From Planctomycetota bacterium (GTDB taxonomy: Bacteria; Planctomycetota; SZUA-567; H5-PLA8): DNA of 64,000 nucleotides. This document shows, one piece after another, positions 38,301 to 44,299 of the stretch. How positions within the stretch are numbered: the stretch's first letter is position 1; every line of letters begins with the position of its first letter. The notes beneath the pieces are model-generated. The model saw only the letters and a program-made list of their open reading frames with translations. It was not told the DNA's origin and ran no database searches. The translations under genes and the position numbers were made by a program. Location: NCBI GenBank assembly GCA_045863855.1, contig BTVV01000009.1, positions 1-64,000 of the forward strand. The letters run 5' to 3'.

Positions 38301-41218
38301 TTAACCGCGGGCTGAGCGCGGGGACGGGCGATGTGAGCCTCGACTGGGGCGGCACGCTGGCGCAGAACGCGGGGACGATTGCCGGCGGCACGCTGACGCT
38401 GGCCGGGGACAGCAACGCGGGCCTTGCGCTGGCGCTCAACGTGAGCGAGATCGCGGGAACGGTGACGGGTTCGAGCACGCTGGCACTGAACAATGCCGGT
38501 GTGCTGACCTTCACGGGCTTCGACGCGGATACGAATTCCCTGCGCGTAAACGCGGGAGGGGCGAACGGAGACTTGAGCGCCGCCGATCTGCTGCTCACGG
38601 GCACTGGAATTTTCAATCTCGACACAACGGTCGGCACGCTGGCGGCGAACGTGACTGGCGCGCTGACGATCGACGAAACCGACGGACTGATCGTGGGCAC
38701 CGTCAACGGCGAGAACGGTGTGCAGACCGCGGGCGGGAACGACATCAGCCTGACGGCCGGCGGAGCGCTGATCCTGAACCAGCAAGTGAATGCCGGCGCG
38801 GCGGGGGATGTGACGCTGGACTTCGCGACGCTGGGCGGCGCGGCGTTGGTGACCGGCAACGTGCTGGACCTGGCCGGAGCGAGTGGGTTCACGCTGACGA
38901 CGGACGTAAACGTGCTGCAGGGTACGCTGACGGGCGCGGCGGCGACGACCGTGAACAATACCGGCGCGCTGAACCTGAACGGGTTCGATGCAAGTGGGAT
39001 TTCGCTGCGCCTTTCGGCCGACGGCGCCACGGGCAGCGTGACGTCGAACGAACTGCAACTTAACGGCACGGGAGTCTTCAACCTCACGACGACGGTGAAC
39101 ACGCTGGCGGCCAATGTGACGGGCGCGCTGAGCGTGGACGACACCGACGGGCTGACCGTGGGCACCGTGGGCGCGGTTACGGGCGTGAACAGCAACGGCA
39201 GCGCGGTGACGCTGGGCACGAACGGCGCGGGGGTCCTGGCGTTGAACCAGGATGTGACGGCTGCCGGTGCGACGGTCATCCTCGATGCAGCCGGCGACGT
39301 GACTTCAGGTGGCGGCACCGTAACGGCCCAGACGCTGGACTTGCGCAGCGGCGGCGCCGCGACGGTGGACGCGAACGTAACGGTCCTGCGCGGGTTCTCG
39401 AACGGAAACTTGGACCTTACCAACGCGGGCCATTTGAACCTGAACAACTTCAACGCGGCAGGCGTCGATTTCCTCCTGACGGCGGCGGGCGCGGACGGAA
39501 CGGTGAGCGCCGGCGGCTTGGCGATTTTCGGCACGGGGGCTTTCGCTCTGACCTCGACGCTGGACCGCCTGGCGGGGAATGTCAACGGAGCGGTGACAAT
39601 CACCGATGCGGGCACGCTGACGATCGGGACGGTGGGCGCGCAGAACGGGCTGATCAGCACCGGGGGAGATATCCGGCTGACGGCTCCGGGCGGCCTTAAC
39701 TTGGCGCAGGACCTGCGCGCGGCGGGCTTCGAGATTCACCTGCAAGGGAATGGCGCGCTGCAGACGGGCGGAACGCTGGAGGCCGACCGGCTGCGGCTGG
39801 CCGGACCGGGTGCGTTTACGCTGACAGGCGCGACGAACGACGTGAATGTCCTGGCGGCGCAGACCAACAGCGCTCTTTCTTTTACCGATGTGGATAACCT
39901 GACCATCGGCGCGGTCGGCGTGACGGTGGGGATCGATACGAGCGGAAATAACCTGACGCTGTCGACCGGCGGCATGCTGATCTTGGCGCAGGAAGTCCGC
40001 GCGGGCTTGGCCACGACCACCTTTAATGTGGCGGCGGGCGGCGTAAACCAAGTTCCAGGCGCCCGCATCATGTCCGACCGCTTGCTGCTGACGGGCGCCG
40101 GCGCTTTCAATCTTCTGGAAGGCGGCAACCTGATCCGCACCCTGGCCGGCAACCTGACCGGCGGCGGGGCTTCGACGCTGAACTTTCGCACGGCGGGTAA
40201 CCTGTTCATCGGGACGGTCGGCGTTCAGAACGGGATCCTGACCACGGGCGGCTCGGTCACGCTGGCCGCGCCGGGCGGATTTATCCAGGTAGATCGTCCA
40301 ATCAATACGGGCGCCGGTCCGCCCGGTACGGCGACGCTGACGGGCGATATTCGCCCCGCGAATCCGATGCTCGCGGGATCGGGCGACATCACGCTCACGG
40401 CCCAGATTCTGCCGGGGGGCGGCGCGGGGAATACGACGACCTTCCAGTTGAACCCTTCGATTCCGATGGGACCGCAGGACGGCGGCTTTACGCTGCCGGA
40501 CCTCGGGAACGTAAACATCGGGATCGATACGTTCGACGATCCGGACGGGTTGGGTGCGGGCGGCGATCTTGGGACGAACGGCGACGACCTTCAGATCACG
40601 CTGCCGGAAGAGTTGCTCAAAGCGTTCAATACGGTGCTCTCGGTGACTTCGACGACGGGCTTCGAAGACGAAGGCCTGCGCAATTCGCTGGACGAGTTCC
40701 AGGCATCGGAGCAGGCGCTGACGCTGGCGCAGCAGGTGCTCGACCACGCGGCCAAAGTGCTGCGTTCGCTGCAGCCGGGCGACCCACTGCGCGAGGCGCT
40801 GCAGAAGCTGATCGACGAAGTGAACGCGGCCTCGCAGGAAGTGCGGAAATCGAACGTGGCGCTGGCCGAGTTGATCGCGAAGTTGTACGCGGACGGCCGT
40901 CCGGATCGCGTGGGCAAGGATGCGCTGGAAGGCGCGCTGAAGGGCATGCAGCGCGCAAACGAGCGGCTGCTCGTCACGTCGCGGGCGCTGGAAGCGGCAT
41001 TGAAGGCGATTCAGCAGCCGGCGGGCGCTCCGGCGGCCCCGGCGGATCGAGCGGTGCTTGAAGTGGCGGCTCAGCGCGCGCGGGAGCAGGCCACTCGCGA
41101 GGCGGCGGATGCGCGCGACCGGCAGGACCGCGTGGGCCAGGACGCGAAGTTTGCGACCCTGGAAGAATACAAGGCGCAGGAAAAAGGGCGCAAGCCGGAA
41201 GGTACCGACGGGAAATAG
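29387..41218 (+). CDS. TpsA: filamentous-haemagglutinin-family exoprotein, 3943 aa
   Basis: Signal peptide; TPS domain (IRWNSF, VLNKV, SNGRVYLLNPNGILVG); GGFAEISGK...GTLLLDP; long G/T/D beta-helix repeats; helical C-terminal region. Confidence 0.95.
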   Translation: MLRQLVGLSAVLLTATVGLWAGESAGPQVTGGTATFAQNGANWTVTTGSNRTVIRWNSFGVPQGSTTQFIQPGKGSAVLNKVTGSLPSEIAGALLSNGRVYLLNPNGILVGPSGVIRTAGFVASTLGVNEGEFLEAGTLHFAGGGEASVVNLGTIEASSGPVLLIAPRVENHGTIRAADGVAGLVAGRDVLLTADDQIYIQPSAETLGGTGIENTGTIEAARAELVAQGNLYGLAINNSGTVNATSVVEEGGRILLRADGGRIVNSGTLTARTLNADGKSTGGTIEVAGAEVILDGPARLDVSGDLGGGTIHVGGNYQGQGPLPNAQYVWVGSNVEINADALEVGDGGTAIFWSDLGTWFYGSLSAKGGASGGDGGFAEISGKAFLRMAGSADLSAANGSLGTLLLDPTDIEIQNGSSDGDDTGASATDFSNNFPGGAPATSVIFESELEGLAENANVTIQATNSVILKDLTTDGVLELALASGSLTIDAGTSFTFEDTTNTIRTNGGDLIVTAASATLGVLDTTGSTGTATGGNISVTTSGTITLHQNLTTLDGNITLAGAVSLQTDLTLNTGDGNASITGALDGNANTLTVVSGAGTVTFGSALSDLDTLDVTGGTISLGGNVTTTGTQDYHGDVEIAGASVTLTTTDSTVTFDGAIEGDTDGGQALTVSVGNGDIVLSGDVGATNALASLNLTSTSTTIEIGGNVTTAGAQVYDGHVLITGGDVTLTGVGIQFTGDVDGSGTENLTVDATTGTADFQGAVGLLNNFEASGAAILFAGDVTTDGTQTYTGAVELFGDRTFTASDADITFDGAVSGNTAAENLTVDAGTGAVDFTGALTDLASLDATGTTIGVGANVTTSGAQDYHGDVSVNGTATLSGTDLTFEGTVTGSGGPDLTVSGTGTVDFQDEVSALNSLAATGTTIQIAADVSTTASQSYTGDVILFGDLTLNAVGVTFSATVTGNATSEVLTIASTGGTVDFGGEVSDLGSLDVTADSIEFAANVTTTNAQTYTGDVALNGDILFTTTDHDVTFDGAVTGGGNDLTVAAGAGDVIVTGAVSGVGALDLTGATIELGGDVTTTGAQTYQGNVQINESLTLTGAGLTFEGTVAGGDGDEDLTVDAGATTADFQDAVSKLSSFDVTGAAIQLATDVTTTGLQSYDGAVTIFSSLTLTAGDVTFVSTVEGDTGAESLTIDATGGTADFGSTVDSIDVLDVTGATIRFAADVTTEGAQTFTGDVELTGSVLFTTSNDGVTFDGNVDGGTNDLTVDAGTAAVEIAGNVTDVGTLDLTGTTIELGGDVTTTVSQTYRGNVVVNASLTLTGAGILFEGTVAGGVGTEDLTVDATTGTADFQDAVSSLNNFDASGVDIFLATDVTTTGTQDYDGSVRLYGDVILTGSGVAFSGIVEGDLGSENLTVDATGGTADFGGDLSSLASLDVTANTILLGADVTTTGAQDYNGAVELQANVALTTSTAGDVTFADTVDGSGAGGQNLTLDVAGAIDFQGAIGSSVRLGAIQVDDATDLSLLGLTAGSFTQVAGTGTTTFDGAVDLDAAGGLNVATDTILVNGTVDTVNGGGVTLTAASALTIDAAAVMNLDGAFLENGAGTVNAAGSITTSNADVTFTNIVTLDGDLAVTSGGGQIEFLGGAVGSTDGGESLTLDAGSGGFTFGGDLGAAGAALNDLTLTSDQLFTQDVDIVAAGTVLLQTAGATQNAGFTVQADTLLLEGTGDFTLNGANDVSSFGTSGTGVAGDIVFNNGTTNLTTLAIDTTGTGNLTLRHDGTLDLMGAVSLTGSFVEENAAGTGAGGLVTLAQDLNVAAGEDITFKSALAIDGTVEISTSGAGNLNFFTIDGATVDTDSITLTVDTGSITYTGGLGGGTRFDNITLNTGAGITIDQDLSAATQVTINAGGNIDHSDGTISADTVTLTTTAGGATQSGTASIDATTLLVEGTGNFTLNNANSVDEFGTSGAGVAGDIVFNNGTTNLTTLAIDTTGTGNLTLRHDGTLDLMGAVSLTGSFVEENAAGTGAGGLVTLAQDLNVAAGEDITFKSALAIDGTVEISTSGAGNLNFFTIDGATVDADSVTLTLGTGTLALGGAIGGGTRLDNVTFNSGAGITLNQNVTAATQVDVSAAGAIAQTAGTISADTVTLTTSAGGATQSGTASIDATTLLVEGTGNFTLNNANSVDEFGTSGAGVAGDIVFNNGNTALTTLAIDTTGSGNLTLRHDGTLDLSDTITLTGSFVEENAAGTGAGGLVTLAQDLSVAANQNITFKSALEVSGDRSISTSGTGNLSFFTIDGSTADTDAITLTVDTGSITYSGAIGGATRFDAITLNTGAGITLGQDLDAASLIEINAAGTISHTGGSLSAATVHLNTTAGGVSQAVGSGGIAATILTLEGTGNFSLLDADNAVGTLETNGALAGDLTFVTGSTVTTGDITADAVAVEHTGALTLGGDITADSFVESNVGNTGGSAGGVNTLAGAERTIDTSGAGGAITFKSNATLNSDLTLNAGASGGTITLANVNDSVAGADTLDLTGGGFAFGTLGTPNRLGEIALTTNQAGGITVTGTGLNADRITFENTGGNLTVGSALTADEITLTANGMLAVNGLLTALDGGAGLVTLSGTGITQTAGIRTDTLELDGTGSVVLNSAANQIEALTALSNTLDDVQVTTNPASGTFTLGAFDTTGAAGTGDLTVNFGSDNLLINGPVDLKGSFSTGASSGGITLAGDLTVGNSITFTGTLGVSGVASLTSGAGGGITLGDVTGAGADLTLTAGSLGIDFNGNVGTSGGRLNSLTLNTDGPVTQDAGEKLHANTLTLLGDAMYALRTNILTLDGGGATLGGSLSLANDGALAVDVNPLTVAGDVTLRTLAGAITINEDVSSTGAGGTVTLDAAGGATTTGGSTVSADNLLLSGGGTFDLATSVDTVASTNLGAGSVTLVNDQTLAVGDVGAGSGLTAGGGIDLTVTAGDLTLNRGLSAGTGDVSLDWGGTLAQNAGTIAGGTLTLAGDSNAGLALALNVSEIAGTVTGSSTLALNNAGVLTFTGFDADTNSLRVNAGGANGDLSAADLLLTGTGIFNLDTTVGTLAANVTGALTIDETDGLIVGTVNGENGVQTAGGNDISLTAGGALILNQQVNAGAAGDVTLDFATLGGAALVTGNVLDLAGASGFTLTTDVNVLQGTLTGAAATTVNNTGALNLNGFDASGISLRLSADGATGSVTSNELQLNGTGVFNLTTTVNTLAANVTGALSVDDTDGLTVGTVGAVTGVNSNGSAVTLGTNGAGVLALNQDVTAAGATVILDAAGDVTSGGGTVTAQTLDLRSGGAATVDANVTVLRGFSNGNLDLTNAGHLNLNNFNAAGVDFLLTAAGADGTVSAGGLAIFGTGAFALTSTLDRLAGNVNGAVTITDAGTLTIGTVGAQNGLISTGGDIRLTAPGGLNLAQDLRAAGFEIHLQGNGALQTGGTLEADRLRLAGPGAFTLTGATNDVNVLAAQTNSALSFTDVDNLTIGAVGVTVGIDTSGNNLTLSTGGMLILAQEVRAGLATTTFNVAAGGVNQVPGARIMSDRLLLTGAGAFNLLEGGNLIRTLAGNLTGGGASTLNFRTAGNLFIGTVGVQNGILTTGGSVTLAAPGGFIQVDRPINTGAGPPGTATLTGDIRPANPMLAGSGDITLTAQILPGGGAGNTTTFQLNPSIPMGPQDGGFTLPDLGNVNIGIDTFDDPDGLGAGGDLGTNGDDLQITLPEELLKAFNTVLSVTSTTGFEDEGLRNSLDEFQASEQALTLAQQVLDHAAKVLRSLQPGDPLREALQKLIDEVNAASQEVRKSNVALAELIAKLYADGRPDRVGKDALEGALKGMQRANERLLVTSRALEAALKAIQQPAGAPAAPADRAVLEVAAQRAREQATREAADARDRQDRVGQDAKFATLEEYKAQEKGRKPEGTDGK
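34607..36420 (+). repeat. Three in-frame tandem units with a 669-bp (223-aa) period inside tpsA
   Basis: TTCGGCACCAGTGG starts at 34607, 35276 and 35945. 34607-34951 is near-identical to 35276-35620, and 35132-35325 to 35801-35994. Confidence 0.9.
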
Positions 41219-41221
41219 CCC

Positions 41222-44200
41222 ATGAGCGAAAACGAGACACCTAAAAAAGAAGACGCCGAGCCGGACGTGGTCCTGCCCTCCGAACAGTCGGAGGAGGAGC
41301 TGAAAACTCTGCTTCAGGAAGTGTGGCGCAATACGATCGCGCCGCACGAAATGAACAAAGTTCCGCTGAAGTCGGATCAGCTCAAGTCGGACGTGACCAT
41401 CGTGACGGCGCAAGCGTTGCCGCAAGGAGCCGTGGCGGCGACGGTGATGGGGAACGGCACCAGCAGCGTCCCGAAGGCGAATCCGCGAACGGTCTTCTCG
41501 CTGCCGGAGACGCAGACGGTCATCGGCTCGACCGGATCGCGGCTGGGCGTGACGGGCACCAAAACACAGATCGACGATCCCGGTGCGAAGGCCATCGAGA
41601 CAGCCGCGACCCTGATGGGGCCGCAGGGCACCAAGTCCCCGAACAAGACGCCGACCCAGACGGCCCGGGGCACCGTAACCTCCCGCGGATCGGTGACGGC
41701 GCGCGGTACGACGACGACGCGCAGCACCAGCGCCAAAGCCCTGCTCCAAGCGGCCAAGAAGCTGGCGTCGATCTCCGTTTCTCGCCTGATCGTGCAGGAA
41801 AAGAGCGTTGTCGATAAGCCCGTGGAAGCGCAGCCGCTGGATTTGGACCCGGAAGCCGGCGTAGCGGATTTCGAGATCGAGCGGGTGCTGGGTGAAGGCG
41901 GCATGGGCGTGGTGTACATCGCGCGGCAGACGGCCATCGACCGCGAAATCGCGCTCAAGATGATCAAGCCGAAGATGTCGCAGAACCCGGATATCCAGGC
42001 CGTCTTCCTGGCTGAAGCGGCAGTAACGGGCGACCTGGAACATCCGAACATCGTACCGATCTACGATCTGGGTGTGACGAGCGACGGAGTGCTGTTCTAC
42101 GCGATGAAGCACGCGAAGGGCGTGCCGTGGAAGAATGTGCTCACCCAGCGCGCGCAGCAGGACAACATCGAGATTTTAATGAAGGTGGCCGACGCGGTGG
42201 CATTCGCGCACGCGAAGGGCATCATTCACCGCGATTTGAAGCCCGAAAATATCATGTTGGGCGAGTTCGGCGAAGTTCTGGTAATGGACTGGGGTCTGGC
42301 GGCCTGCGTGAAGGACGGCGGAAAAATCGGCCGGCTCACGCCGGACAACGCGGCGGGCGGCACGCCTGCGTACATGGCGCCCGAGATGGCCACGGGCAAC
42401 GTGGAACTGATTGGCTACGTCAGCGACGTGTACCTGCTGGGCGCGATCCTGTACGAGATCGTTGCGGGCGTACGCCCGCACGCCGGCAAAGACATGATGG
42501 ATCTCCTGTTCAACATCGCGACGAACAAGATCCAGCGGACGGACAAGAAGGGCGAACTGATCGATATCGCCTTGAAGGCCATGGCCGCGAAGCCGGAGGA
42601 CCGCTACCCCAACGTCAAGGCCTTCCAAGATGCGATCCGCTCGACGCAGAAGCACTTCGAAAGCATCGCGCTTTCGGATAGCAGCCAGGAGCGGCTGAAT
42701 AAGGCGCTGAAAACAAAAGAGTACGAAGACTTCGCGCAGGCGCTCTTCGGTTTCGAAGAAGCGTTACAGATGTGGAAGTCGAACAAGGCCGCCAAACAAG
42801 GCGCACTGGATACGCGGTTGTATTACGCGAAGGCGGCAGTGGAGAAGGAAGACCTGGACTTGGCGGCTTCGCTGATCGAGCCTGCGAAGGATAAGTTCGG
42901 GAGCTTCCTCAACGAGATTAAGTCCCGCATGCGCTCGCGAGATGCGCGGCGCTTCCGGCTGCGCGCGCTGACCTACGGTTCGGCGGGCCTGGCGGCGCTC
43001 TTCCTGGTGGGCGTGACGGTGGCGTACTTCCTGGTCTCCGACGAGCGCGACCGCGCGGAGGTGGCGCGGCAGAACGCAGAACTGGCCAAGAAAGCCGAAG
43101 AACAGCAACGCCAGGAAGCCGAGAATCAGCGTGCCGAAGCGGTGCGAAGCAAGGAACAGGCGGAAGATGCGCGCGTGCGCGCCGAGACGGCGCGCAAGGA
43201 AGCCGTTTCGCAGCGCGAGCGCGCGGAGAAGGCGCTCACCGATCTGGCCCAGGAGAAGAGCAAGGTAGAAGAAGCCTACTCCAAACTGGAGAAGCAGGCT
43301 CGAGAATTGATCGAAGCTCAGCAGGCCGAGTTGGAGGCGAAGAAAAAGACGGAACTGGCGGAACTTTTGAAGAGCGAGGCTCAGAAAAAGGCGGACGAAG
43401 CGCAGGCGGAAGCCGCACGCACGGGCATGCTGATCAAGGCCTCGGAAGACTGGATCTTCGACGGCGCCGATGCCCAGAAACGCCAAGCCGCAGCGGCGGC
43501 CAAACTTGGGAAGCCGGCGCAGATGGACCTGGACCTTCCCAAAGCCGCGAAGCTGCGCATGGTGCTGGTGCCCGAAGGCGTTTTCGTCATGGGCAGTCCC
43601 GCCAAGGAGTCTTCGCGCGCGGCAGAAGAGTACCTGCATCAGGTCATGCTGCCGCAGGCGTTTTGGCTGAGCGCGACGGAAGTAACCCGCGCGCAGTGGG
43701 AAGCGCTGACGGGTCAACCCGCGCCGGCCATGAGCGAAGGCGGGGATCTGCCGGACCTCCCGGTGGTGAACGTGAGCTACAATGACATCTCAAGTCTGCT
43801 GCTTCCGAAATTGCAGCCGCTCGCGCCGGAAGGCTACGTTTTCCGTCTGCCGACGGAAGCGGAGTGGGAGTGGGCGTGCCGCGCGGGAACCAATACCGCG
43901 TATGCCGTGGGCGACGACGAAGCGGCCCTGCGTGATGCGGCGTGGTTCCGGCTGAATAGCCGCGGCGCTCCGCACCCGGTGGCGCAACGCCGCGCCAATC
44001 CGTGGGGTCTGTTCGATCTTCACGGAAATGTCTCGGAACTCTGTCACGACGCTTACGACCCGAATTACTACCTGACCGGAGCGAAAGAGGCTCCGATGAA
44101 CGTAGACAACGAGAAATTTAAAGTGGTGCGCGGCGGTTCGTGGGTGAACCTGCCGCAGCACTGCCGGTCGGCGTACCGCAGTTACGCGCACCCGGACAAT

Positions 44201-44263
44201 CGCTACGACCATTTGGGGCTGCGCGTTGCGCTGGCTCCGAAGGCCGCGAGCGGCGGACGCTAA
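41222..44263 (+). CDS. Membrane Ser/Thr kinase - TM - coiled coil - FGE-sulfatase (SUMF1-like) domain protein
   Basis: GEGGMG, IALK, HRDLKPEN, DWG, GTPAYMAPE; TM ALTYGSAGLAALFLVGVTVAYFLV; E/K/A-rich heptads; FVMGS, RLPTEAEWEWACRAG, NPWGLFDLHGNVSE, RGGSW. Confidence 0.93.
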   Translation: MSENETPKKEDAEPDVVLPSEQSEEELKTLLQEVWRNTIAPHEMNKVPLKSDQLKSDVTIVTAQALPQGAVAATVMGNGTSSVPKANPRTVFSLPETQTVIGSTGSRLGVTGTKTQIDDPGAKAIETAATLMGPQGTKSPNKTPTQTARGTVTSRGSVTARGTTTTRSTSAKALLQAAKKLASISVSRLIVQEKSVVDKPVEAQPLDLDPEAGVADFEIERVLGEGGMGVVYIARQTAIDREIALKMIKPKMSQNPDIQAVFLAEAAVTGDLEHPNIVPIYDLGVTSDGVLFYAMKHAKGVPWKNVLTQRAQQDNIEILMKVADAVAFAHAKGIIHRDLKPENIMLGEFGEVLVMDWGLAACVKDGGKIGRLTPDNAAGGTPAYMAPEMATGNVELIGYVSDVYLLGAILYEIVAGVRPHAGKDMMDLLFNIATNKIQRTDKKGELIDIALKAMAAKPEDRYPNVKAFQDAIRSTQKHFESIALSDSSQERLNKALKTKEYEDFAQALFGFEEALQMWKSNKAAKQGALDTRLYYAKAAVEKEDLDLAASLIEPAKDKFGSFLNEIKSRMRSRDARRFRLRALTYGSAGLAALFLVGVTVAYFLVSDERDRAEVARQNAELAKKAEEQQRQEAENQRAEAVRSKEQAEDARVRAETARKEAVSQRERAEKALTDLAQEKSKVEEAYSKLEKQARELIEAQQAELEAKKKTELAELLKSEAQKKADEAQAEAARTGMLIKASEDWIFDGADAQKRQAAAAAKLGKPAQMDLDLPKAAKLRMVLVPEGVFVMGSPAKESSRAAEEYLHQVMLPQAFWLSATEVTRAQWEALTGQPAPAMSEGGDLPDLPVVNVSYNDISSLLLPKLQPLAPEGYVFRLPTEAEWEWACRAGTNTAYAVGDDEAALRDAAWFRLNSRGAPHPVAQRRANPWGLFDLHGNVSELCHDAYDPNYYLTGAKEAPMNVDNEKFKVVRGGSWVNLPQHCRSAYRSYAHPDNRYDHLGLRVALAPKAASGGR

Positions 44264-44299
44264 GCGGTAAAGGACCGACCGATAAGGCTTTGCCAGGTC

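Noticed and set aside
3554..41221. Genome-wide TAG recoding or readthrough (TAG at 7113, 14790 and 41218 are each in frame with the next gene)
   Set aside because: TAG ends genes at conserved C-termini (moxR VPVP, permease EALRSV, VWA RRRAGLA). The downstream genes have their own RBS or signal peptides, and a regulator-secreted hydrolase or exported TpsA-cytoplasmic kinase fusion is topologically implausible. In-frame neighbours occur one time in three by chance.
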